From assembly GCA_951406725.2 (NCBI GenBank), contig OX597826.1, forward strand, positions 32,612,001-32,676,000: 64,000 nt of DNA, written 5' to 3'. Positions 12,516 through 23,480 of this stretch are shown piece by piece. The DNA comes from Octopus vulgaris (taxonomy: Eukaryota). The notes below the pieces were generated by a model. That model saw only the letters and a program-made list of their open reading frames with translations. It did no database searches and was not told the origin of the DNA. Position numbers and translations under genes: made by a program. Each line of letters starts with the position of its first letter. The stretch's first letter is position 1.

Positions 12516-13688
12516 AAAGACAGTTTTATCTTTAAGAAATATTTCTTAATTACATAAATGAAAAATTCTCCAAGAAAGATGAAAGGAATATTAAATTTTC
12601 ATCTGCCTCAAAGCTATTTGCAGTGAGTGGATGACATGAAGACAATAGATGTGGCATGTCAGCATGGTGACTGATCGTGGTTGACTGGAATTCTGTCAGT
12701 TACAACAATAAGAGTTCCAACAGCTTGCTCATGAAATTAATGTGCAAGTGGCTGAGCATTCCACAGACGCATGTACCCCAAACATAGTTGTCAGAGAAAT
12801 TAAGCTTGACATAGAATGCGACAAGGCTGGCCCTCCGAAATACAAGTACAACTCAGTTTTCGATTTTGCCAGGTGAGTGGACTGGAGCAATGTGAGATAA
12901 AGAGTCTTGCTCAAGGACTCAATGAGCTTCAGAGTATCAAACTGATGAGCTGAATGCCTTAACCACAGCCAAAATCATGAGTTTTCTTTCCTTTATGACA
13001 ATTCTCTTGACCAAAACAAACAACTACACAACCGATTTGAAAGAAGATAAAGCTGAAATATGGTACTATCTTAATGTAATTTATTTATAATCAATTTATG
13101 GTTTCATACCTTATTCCAGTAAATGGTCACAACATTGTATTTTCCTGTACGGAATCATACATTTTCCCACTCTGAAGCTGTTTTAAAATGTCTTTCAATA
13201 CATCTACAATGAAATGTGCGAAATCTATTTATTTATTCACTTTTGCTTTGTTATGCTTTTCTGTAAGATGTACTTGTAAAACAGGAGTGTGTCTTATGCA
13301 TTGGCAAATATATCAAATATGATAAGAATTGGTCAAGAATGAGAAGACACTAACAGACGTGCCAGAGCCTCTCGCATACAGGCAAGCCATCTTCTTGCCA
13401 TCTTTTCTGTCACCGCTATAATGGTCTCGGAGCTCAACTGGGACTTACTTTATTGACTCTGAAAGGATGAAAGGCAAAGTCATCCTTGGCAGAATTTGAA
13501 CTCAGAACGTAAAGAGCCAGAAGAAATACCAGCATGATAAAAATCCTATCAGCTCTTTGCCTTAATAACAACAACAATAAAAATGGCTTCTGACCTCAAT
13601 GGATTGGAAGTGTTATCATGTACATGCTTTGTCTTGGTATAAAAGATGAACTGCAGCAAATATCTTGCTCAATACCACAGATTTGCCA

Positions 13689-13711
13689 TAATAATAATAA
13701 TAATAATAATG

Positions 13712-13745
<34 letters not shown>

Positions 13746-13747
13746 TG

Positions 13748-13805
<58 letters not shown>

Positions 13806-13807
13806 TG

Positions 13808-13870
<63 letters not shown>
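13689..13870. repeat. (TAA)n microsatellite, ~180 bp
   Basis: Direct inspection; flanked on both sides by retroelement fragments. Confidence 0.95.
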
Positions 13871-14151
13871 GGAAGAATTTGGAGCATGTGAACAGTAAAG
13901 GTCCTGCCTATAGTAATTGGTACGTTGGGAACAATAAGCCAAAATATGAGCAAATGACTGAAGGAGATTGAAATAGAATGCCCAGTAGAGCTCCTACAGA
14001 AAGTCTTTCTCTTAGGGTCAGCAAGGATCATCAGGAGGGTTCCAAGCACTTGAAAAACTGCTGGAAACTTGAGGATGAATAAGATTACAGATAGTAACCT
14101 GTTATCCACATAATTCCGACCAGAAATAAGACCAAACCTGAGCCAAACCAA
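13871..14151 (+). mobile_element. R4/Dong-like (restriction-like endonuclease) non-LTR 3' fragment, family 2
   Basis: 13871-14053 translates GRIWSM*TVKVLPIVIGTLGTISQNMSK*LKEIEIECPVELLQKVFLLGSARIIRRVPST*, matching the PIVIGALG..LQKxxLLGTAxI terminus; bounded by TAA repeats. Confidence 0.8.
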
Positions 14152-14199
14152 AATAATGATAATTTATAAAAATTGATAACTTTTCACAAAGGTAAATAA

Positions 14200-14456
14200 A
14201 CAACAAGAATAGCAGAATGGATTTGTAATAGAGATTGTTTATTTAACGGTTTGAACAATATTTTAACAGATCATCTGTCTTCTTCAGGTTCAAAATGGAA
14301 AATGGAACAAAACCACAGAAATACAGAAATTCAAAATATAAGCAAGGAAGAAATTTTATGTTCCGATTCAGATAAAATGACAACCTATTGAAATATTGTT
14401 CAAACCTTTAAATAAACCATGTCTATTACAAATTGCTCCCTGCTATTCTTATTGTC
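14200..14456. mobile_element. Small fold-back element with ~70-bp inverted arms and a decayed hammerhead (PLE-terminus-like)
   Basis: Arms 14200-14269 and 14385-14456 are imperfect reverse complements. Minus 14251-14293 reads UUGAAC-CUGAAGA-A-GACAGA-UGA-UCUGUU-AAAA-UAUU-GUUCAA. Confidence 0.65.
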
Positions 14457-14473
14457 TAATAACAATGATAATA

Positions 14474-14508
<35 letters not shown>

Positions 14509-14530
14509 AATAATAATAATAATAATAATA

Positions 14531-15010
14531 AACTGATTGGAAGTGTTATCATGTACATAGTTTTGTCTTGGTATAAAAGATGGGCTACAGCAAATATTCT
14601 GCTCAATACCACAGATTTGCTTGTCAGTTGTTTGACCTTAACCAGTTGGCCATGTCTCTTAGTGGCTGACACTATGTGCATCTCTGATCACAAGCAGAAG
14701 TAGTGGGAGAGCATCATAGCCATGTGTTGAGAGGGATTCTTTGGGGTTTGAATAATTCACCTCTGGAAACATAAGTGTTTCGTTCAACATCCTTAAACAA
14801 CTCTTATTCAGGGACCTTTTGAGTGGGATGGGTTACTTGACCAGAAGAAAATTCTAACTGTGCTGTTAATCTTGATATGAGATCACCATGTCGCGCACAT
14901 ATTGTTGTGATGCATGTGCCTGGTGTACCCTTATCAGATGGGTAGTCATGATGGGTATATTGGGTTTTCTATATTTTTACCTCAGTGTCGCTTTGATGGC
15001 ATGTACTGCA
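14531..15010 (+). mobile_element. Non-coding (TAA)n-associated interspersed repeat (family E)
   Basis: Reverse complement of 21558-22113; partial copy at ~13583-13688; all copies abut TAA-type repeats. Confidence 0.75.
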
Positions 15011-15380
15011 ATAACAACAACAACAATAATGGTTTCAAATTTTGACACAAGGGCAGCAATTTTGAGAAAGTGAGTTCGTTGATTGCATTGACCCCAGTAC
15101 TCAGCTGGTACTTACTTTACCAACCCCGAAGGATGAAAGGCAAAATCAATTTCAGCAGAATTTGAACTAAGAACATTTTGAGAGATGAAATGCTACTAAG
15201 CATTTTGCTTGGCATGTTAACGATTCTGCCAGCTGGTCACTGATTCTTCTTCTTCTTCTTCTTCTTCTTCTTATTATTATTATTATCATTATCATCATCA
15301 TCATCATCATCATCATCATCGTCGTCGTCATCATCATCAGCATCATCAGCATCATCATCATCATCATCATCGTTATTTTT

Positions 15381-15690
15381 ATTCAGTAGTCTTGTTTTTA
15401 TCATGTGCTTTCACTGCACTACCGAGCGCAGCTCTGTGGCCCTTGGGTATGTGCTGTGGTTTGCTGTGATGCTCTTATGGTTACTCTATTGAAAGTGTTT
15501 TGCATAGGATGTGTGCAGTGCCTAGTAGTGCTATATTTTGTACGTTATATATACTTGTTAGTCCTGGTGTTTTTGTTATGTATTTGTCTGAATAGTTTTT
15601 TATCATACCTAATGCACCTATTATGATAGGAATTGCTTCTGTTTCTAGACACCACATTCGAGTTACCTCTATTTTCAGATCTTTATTCAT
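15381..15690 (-). mobile_element. R4/Dong-like non-LTR 3' fragment, family 1
   Basis: KDLKIEVTRMWCLETEAIPIIIGALGMIKNYSDKYITKTPGLTSIYNVQNIALLGTAHILCKTLSIE* plus 3' UTR, between TAA-type repeats. Confidence 0.85.
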
Positions 15691-15707
15691 TATTATTATT
15701 GTTGTTA

Positions 15708-15782
<75 letters not shown>

Positions 15783-16508
15783 TGATGATAATAATAATAA
15801 TGATAATAATTATAGCAACAACAACCAATAATATAAACCTTGATGTAAAGGCAAATACCAAACAATACAAAACAAAACAAAAACAAATAGCTTCGCACTT
15901 GACTTGAAACAAAACCAATGGTATTGAAGGGAGAAAAGATTAAGGTCATTGAAAAGATTAGGAGGCAGAAATAAATCCTCTCTTTGCCTGCCTGTTCACT
16001 ATTTAACCTAAAGGTTGCGTTTGACTTGTTTGTAAACTTATAGGTCACATTCGCTGTTGTGTGATTATCAATCATTTAAAGCTTTATTTAAGTAAGTGAG
16101 CTATGAGCTGGTTCGAAGAGGAAATTACAACTGGACTATTCAATCAGTTATTCAATTTGGCACAATCAATTGTTTCTCTCGCAAGCAATAAATAATAAAT
16201 TAAAGATTGGTGAGGGTTGCGGGGGGATAGGCACGGGTGGGTGGTTTGGAGAGAAGAAAAGGGAAAAGAAATAATAGCGATGAAAAGAAAGGAGAGGCGA
16301 TCAAATACGCTGGCCATTTTGGGGTTGTTACTTTCGTATTTAGATTGAATAAATCAAATGTTAGAGAAATACAACAAATACTCCATACAAAAGTGCATTT
16401 TAAGAAAGATATTAGAAACAAAAATATACAAGATATATATATATATATATATATATAAAACACAGAACATAGATTTATGTATGTGTATGGACATATACAT
16501 TTGCTATG

Positions 16509-16546
<38 letters not shown>

Positions 16547-16548
16547 TA

Positions 16549-16600
<52 letters not shown>

Positions 16601-17084
16601 CATCATCATCATAGCTTAACGTCCACTTTCCATGCTAGCATGGGTGGGATAGATAGATATGTGTATGTGTGTTTGTTTGTTTGTGTATGTGTATAAGTAT
16701 ATACAAATAAATGCATGTGCTATTAATAAATATACATATATATACATATATATATATATATGAAAATATATATGCATATATGTGTATTATATATATGTGT
16801 GTATGTGTGTGTGAGTGTGTGTATGTGTGTGAGTGTGTGCACATGTATGTATGTGCGCGAGTGTGTATGTGTATGTGTATGTGTGTGTGTATGTTTGTAT
16901 GTGTGTGTATGTGCATATGTGTGTATGTGTGCGTGTGTGTGCTCACTGGAACATGTACCCATGCACAAAACCTCAATCCAAGATGGCCCAAGATATTTAA
17001 TTGGAAACGAAACCAAATCCTGTTCTTTAAATTCTTGAAAAATCTGAAATATTTTCCAGAACAGACAATTTGTCACAAGATGTA

Positions 17085-17323
17085 CATGGTCAGCCAAATG
17101 TCACCTGAAAATAAATCAAAAAATTCCATAAATAATTAATATTCAATTTTATTTATTCATTCCAATTATAAATGTTCAATAATTGAATACTGTGAGTTAA
17201 AATCACCGATTTTTTCAACATTTGTCTATTTATTAGCGAAGTCTAATATAAAACAATTTTTTGTTTTAATCTTGGAAGTGAATTGTTTTTGATTTACTGT
17301 CAGGTGACTTTTGGCCAAACCTG
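17085..17323. mobile_element. Tc1/mariner-type MITE, TA-flanked
   Basis: TA|CATGGTCAGCCAAATGTCACCTGAAAATAAATCAAAAA ... TTTTTGATTTACTGTCAGGTGACTTTTGGCCAAACCTG|TA; imperfect ~38-bp TIRs. Confidence 0.8.
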
Positions 17324-18641
17324 TATATATAGATAGATGTACATATGTATATGAATGTATACATCAGGTGATTATAGTTCTTGTCAATACATATGTATAC
17401 AATTATGTGCTTTGACTACAGCATTAGAGGACTTTAGCTCTTATTTCTAGCAATACTGGCAAGTCAGTTGACTGAACCAAAATTTGCTGTCTACTTTCTA
17501 GCATGATTTTCTATGGCTGGACACCCTTCCTAATGCCAACCACTTTACAGAGTACGTTGGGTGCTTTTAATATGGCACCAACACTAGTGAGGTCACCAAG
17601 TAATTTGCAAGACAAATCCATTTAAGTGAGAGGGGAGTAGTATTGAGAGAGGTGGTTTTATATATATATATATTATGGAGATGTACTTGCATAGCAAGTG
17701 ACCTGGTCTCTGATTGTGTGCTGGAATGAAAACATTTGCAGTGTGGAAGGTATTTATAAGCCATTTAAGAAACACAAAATCCGTTAGTTTCACTTCAACA
17801 TTTAAATTTAATTTGCCAAAATATTTTCGTCACTTTGAAACCGCGACTGGTGCCAAGCTGTATCAGCCCCTTTGCTTTTCCCTTGGATAACATCAGTGGT
17901 GTGGAGTGGGGAGGCTGGTATACATGGGCAACTGCTGGCCTTCCATAAACAACTTTGTGCCTAATTTTCTAGGTGCAATCCCATGGTCATTCATGACCTA
18001 AGGGGGTCTCCTTCTCATATATATATATATGTATGTATGTATGTATGTGTATGAGTGTGTTTGTATGAGAGAGTGAGAGAGAGAGAGATGGAGGGAGAAT
18101 AATAAGAGTTAAATTTGCTAGTTTCCTTTTTTTTTTTGCTTCTTGTTTCAGACAGGAAAACCGTAATCATCAAAAATCTATTAATGAATGAGCAAAAATC
18201 ATTTACGTCTGCTTCACATATAAATAATAACTAATTTCTACATCCTGGCAAGTAACAGAGAAACACATAATTTCTACTGCTTCATTAATATTAATTATAG
18301 AATAGGAAAATGCTGAAATAATGATTAATTAGGAAAGGGGGGAAAAAAATAAAGGAAAGAAAACTAAAGCAACCCAAAATAGCAAAAGATAAATGTATAA
18401 TACACATACACCTGTTGCTCAGAGAATAAAATTTGCTTATTGCTGAGATCAAAGAGAGAAAATAATAAGACTTTTATTTAAACTAAATATTTAATACTAT
18501 ACAGGTGTGGTTGTTACGATTCCTAGGTCATGGTTTCAAAATCATATTTCGTTAAATTATTCTTTTATTAATAGTCATCAAAATTATGAGAACAGGCAAA
18601 GGAACATCATTCCTTTAGTGCAATATAGACAATGGGAGAAG

Positions 18642-18858
18642 GCAGGGGGAGCTGGCAGAAATGTTAGCACGCCGGGTGTAATGCTTAGCAGTATTTTGTC
18701 TGCCTTTACATTCTGAGTTTAAATTCCGCAGAGGTCAACTTTGTTTTCATCCTTTCAGGGTCGAGAAATTAAGTACCAGTTGCATACTGGGGTCGACCTA
18801 ATCGACTGGCCCCTCTCCCCCAAAATTTCAGGCCTTGTTCCTAGAGTAGAAAAGAATA
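18642..18858 (+). mobile_element. SINE family A, well-preserved copy
   Basis: GGGGAGCTGGCAGAAATGTTAGCACGCCGGG..CATCCTTTCAGGGTCGAGAAATTAAGTACCAG..CCTAGAGTAGAAAAGAATA. Confidence 0.85.
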
Positions 18859-20638
18859 TAGACAATGGGAGATTAGATTAGCAATTACTGTCAAAATTAA
18901 ATAATTTCCAGAAAATATGCCCTCCTCAAAGATTGACAATCCAGAACAATCTTTTATCATTTATTTTTTGTTTGCTTCAGTCATTAGACTATGGCCATAC
19001 TGGGGCACTGCCTTGAAGAAATTTTAGTCGCATGAGTAGATCCCATCACATTTGTTTTTGTTTTTAAAGCCTGAGTCAAACAGCTAAGTTACATGGACAC
19101 AAACAAACCAACACCAGTTGTCAGGTGGTGGCAGAGGACACACACATACACACTCACACACACATGTGACAGACTTCTTTCAATTTCTTTCTACCAAATC
19201 CACTCACATGGCTTTGGTTGAACATTGGCTTTAGTAGAAAACACTTGCCCAATGCCATGCAGTGGGATTGAACTCAAAACCATGCGGCTGGGCAGCAAAC
19301 TTCTTATCACACAGCCACGCCTGCACCAGTATATGTATGAATGTAAAGACCATAAAAATGATCTAAGATCAACGAAAACATGTTCCTGCATCATTGTGTG
19401 TTATTAGCTACAAAGACTGGATTCATTTTCTGCAGCCCTTTAAAAACAATAGCTCTTAGGCGCAGAAGGGTTTGGGGTAAGGAATTTGGGGTAAGTGGAT
19501 TTGGTAGATGGAAAGTGAAAGAAGCCTATTGTAAAATATATATGTATGTGTGTGTGTATATGTGTGTGTATGTGAATGCGTATGTGTGTGTGTGTGTGTG
19601 CGTGTTTGTGTCTGTGTTTGCATCCCGCCACCGCTTGACAACCAGTGTTGCTGTGTTTACATCCCCACAACTTAGCAGTTCAGTAAAATACACCAATAGA
19701 ATGATTATCAGGCTTAAAAAAATACAACACAAAATTCTCCAAGGTGGTGCCCCAGCATGGCCGCACTCTAGTGACTAAAACAAGTCATAAATAAAAGATA
19801 AAAGATTACAACATAGGAATGGTAAATGATAAATTTCCTGATGTATGCACAGCATGGCAAATATTAAATTGGTGTGTGATTAATTTGGAATTTGGATAAT
19901 ATGGCAGTAAAATGAAGTCATGTTCATCTTGGTAATTAGTAATTAGTTAGAAATTTGTAATGATCCATGAAAGCACTTATTTAATTTATAGGCATCCATC
20001 ACTTGTGAGAGATTATGGCATTCCATACTCTTGGTAGGAGCTTTAGGGGCCTGTGCAGCCATTAGTAGATCGCTAGGCACTAAACCTTTTTTATTTTCTC
20101 TCCCTGTTTATTTCTGGGTTCCTTTCTGTCGAAGAGCGTAGGCTCAAAACGTAAAAGACTTTCTCACTTTCTGAGCATTAAACTAATACATCTGTTTGTT
20201 GTTTACATCACCTGTCTTCGTCTTTTGTATTTTTGTAAATTCTCAATAGTAGACTTACATGGCTTCTCACTACAACCAGCTTGACTCAGTGGAACACCCA
20301 GGGTATGAAGGAAGAAAGAGAGAGAGAAAGAAAGAGAGAGAGAGAGAGAGGAGGGGCTACTCTGGTAGCTAGCAGTTACATCTTTACAGCTGAGTAGACT
20401 GGAGCAATAAGAAATAAAGTAACTTGGTCAAAAGCACATGTCAATCATTTAAGGAATTGAACCTAAAACATTATGATTAAAAGCTGAACACATTAACCAC
20501 TAGGCTACATACCTCCACACTCATTTAATACGGAAATATTTAAGCTCATCATTTGACCATCAGCTACCTGGATTATTAATTGCTGGTAGGGGCACCGTAT
20601 TTCGTTATGTGGCCATAATATATTACCAGATATATTAA

Positions 20639-20858
20639 CCCTTTAGCATTCAGATTATTCTGTTAAATCTAATCCTTATTTATTCACATTGTTTTAAATT
20701 AATTATGGATTATCTCATAGCTTTGAGATTTTGATGATGTGATTGTTTTATTTTAGAATGACATTGTAGGAGAGGTGTGAGAGATTAGATTTGACCAGTT
20801 TGAGCATAACATAGATAGAGCGTTTGGGCCGGATATGGCCAGATTAAATGCTAAAGGG
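20639..20858 (+). mobile_element. piggyBac-type MITE
   Basis: TTAA|CCCTTTAGCATT ... AATGCTAAAGGG|TTGA: 12-bp perfect TIR with TTAA-type target site. Confidence 0.85.
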
Positions 20859-21197
20859 TTGAAGGCATATAAGTCAATACTGTGTCCTACCTGTGTTAGC
20901 AGTGCTATTCAATCACATTTTCAAGGTAATCTCTATGAGGTTGCATGCTATATTTGAATTTGTTGTCAATGCATTCATTTAATTAGCAGAGAATTAAATA
21001 CCTACTTTGCTTTAATTTAGTAATCTATCATGGTTGTCACAGTTCTGTGTTTAAGAGATGAAGAATTATGTACATTATTTACATTTGATGGATATTTGTC
21101 CTCATCTTGTTTGTTTCAACTGATATACCCTCCTGCCTTCATCAGGTGACTTGGGGAAATTTCAAACCTGGGTTCTCATTCCTAAGGTATTTTTCGA

Positions 21198-21235
<38 letters not shown>

Positions 21236-21240
<5 letters not shown>

Positions 21241-21486
21241 TAGTTTTATTTTTATAGCGTGCTTTCACTTCACTACCGAGCACAGCTCTGTGTGCCTTGG
21301 GTATGTGCTGTGATTTGTTGTGATGCTCTGATGGTTATTGTATGGAAAGTGTTCTGCGTAGGATGTGTGCAGTGCCTAGTAGTGCAATTTTCTGTATGTT
21401 ATATGTGTTTGTAAGTCCTGGTGTTTTTGTTATGTATTTGTCTGAATATTTTTTTATCATGCCTAATGCACCTACTATGATAGGAA

Positions 21487-21490
<4 letters not shown>
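21236..21490 (-). mobile_element. R4/Dong-like 3' fragment, family 1, nested in the PLE (AAT)n
   Basis: TIPIIVGALGMIKKYSDKYITKTPGLTNTYNIQKIALLGTAHILRRTLSIQ*. Confidence 0.85.
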
Positions 21491-21550
<60 letters not shown>

Positions 21551-21557
21551 CATTATT

Positions 21558-22113
21558 GAGTGAGAGAGCAGTTCATGCCATCAAAGTGACACTGGGGTAA
21601 AATATACGAAGCCCAATATACCCATCATGACTACCCGTCTGATAAAGGTACACCAGGCACATGCATCACAACCATATGTGCGCGACATGGTGATCTCATA
21701 TCAAGATAAACAGCACATGACCTTGCAGGTGGGGCCCAGTTAGAATTTTCTTCAGGTTGAGTAGCCCATCCCGCTCAAACGGTCCCTGAATAAGGTTTGT
21801 TTAAGGATGTTGAAAGAACCACCCATGTTTCCAGAGGTGAACTATTCAAACCCCAAAGAATCCCTCTCAGCACATGGCCATGATGCTCCCCACTACTTCT
21901 GCTCGTGATCAGAGATGCACATATCGTCAGCCACTAAGGGACATGCTCAACTGGTTAAGGTCAAACAACTGACAAGCAAATCTGTGGTATTGAGCAGAAT
22001 ATTTGCTGTAGCCCATCTTTTATACCAAGACAAAACAATGTACATGATAACACTTCCAATCAGTTAAGATCAGATGCCATGAGAGCCACTGCCTGGTACT
22101 GCATCAGGGCATT
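21558..22113 (-). mobile_element. Family E (TAA)n-associated repeat, longest copy
   Basis: Homologous to 14531-15010; TTA repeats on both sides. Confidence 0.75.
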
Positions 22114-22155
22114 TATTATTATTATTATTATTATTAGTAGTAGTATTATTATTGC

Positions 22156-22193
<38 letters not shown>

Positions 22194-22295
22194 TATGTTT
22201 GACTTTTGCTTTATATTTGTACAAGTTGGCTCCAAGTCTCACCCAGAGACCTCAAGAGACAACAGGGTTGGAAGTTCATGTTGTTGTTATTATTA

Positions 22296-22331
<36 letters not shown>

Positions 22332-23164
22332 TCACTGCCTGTAATCGAACTCGGAATCTTGGAGTTAGTAGCCTGCGTTCTTAACCATATGCCCATGGGC
22401 AATTATGGAGTGAATTTTAGGGCTTATAAATCTAATATTTTCTTATCCTTCCTTAATACTGGTTCCCAAATGCTATTCACATCTGCACTCGGTCTGCTTA
22501 GGAGGTTGTGTCCTAGCATATGTGCTGCTTCTTTTAGTTTACGTATTTTCCACTGGTGTTCTCTCTCTATTATTTTAACTTCAAATGTAAATAATGTAAA
22601 TAATGTACTGGTCCCTATGAGCCTATGAGATTCAGAAATGATCTTTATCCAATCCCATCCCATCCTATAGAAGAATACACCCAAGATATGGTGTAGTGGA
22701 ACTGAACCCAAGACCATGCAGATGCCATGCAAATTTCTCAACTACACAGCTATACCTACATTATTTACATTTCAAACGTGCTTCAATTTTTTTAAGGTAC
22801 CATAGATTTTTGTTGAATCAGGGTAGTTTATATATCGCTACATGCATGGACATCTACATGAGGTTACTTACGTGCATGTATGACCAGTATGTGCATACCT
22901 TTGCACACACATTGAACATACATTGCACACATTATGGAAACTACACACACACATACACAAATGCACATAAATGACGTGATGTTGTTTTACAACAAAGTTT
23001 TTGTTTTTCTAATCTAGTGGCCATCACCTGCAAAATATATTCATAGTGACTGTGGAACAAATGAAAGAGCAATGTAATGCTTTCAAGCTTCAGAAATGTG
23101 AAGCCTTTTGGTATTGTGAGGACAAACTTAGTAGTTAAACATACTACAAATGCATATGTTTGCA

Positions 23165-23252
23165 GATACACATACATACATACATACATACCTATGTATA
23201 TATATGTATATATATATATATATATATAATTCTATGTATATACAGATATATA

Positions 23253-23289
<37 letters not shown>

Positions 23290-23336
23290 CTGTATGTGCA
23301 TATATATATATATATAGTTGTGTATATATATATATG

Positions 23337-23394
<58 letters not shown>

Positions 23395-23480
23395 TATATA
23401 TACACACATACATACACATACATACATACACATACATATATATATACACAATTATATATATATTTATATATATATATATA
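23165..23480. repeat. (TA)n/(TACA)n compound microsatellite
   Basis: Direct inspection; similar blocks at ~5150-5345, 16430-16940, 29270-29965 and 40290-40660. Confidence 0.95.

Larger units (their letters stand above)
21038..22608 (-). mobile_element. 5'-truncated Penelope-like element (GIY-YIG C-terminus, tRNA-like module, (AAT)n, hammerhead) with nested insertions
   Basis: 22424-22583 encodes EVKIIEREHQWKIRKLKEAAHMLGHNLLSRPSADVNSIWEPVL; tRNA-like 22328-22398; CTGATGA..GAAA at ~21115-21148; inverted copy of the terminus at 22581-22608. Confidence 0.75.

Noticed and set aside
16004-16046. Pre-miRNA hairpin
   Set aside because: Stem is short and mismatched, and I recognise no mature miRNA.
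18121-18152. Strong isolated acceptors (plus 18150 and 62402; minus 8975 and 43247)
   Set aside because: No convincing matching donor or frame. Such sites are common in AT-rich DNA, which also limits confidence in the exon calls above.
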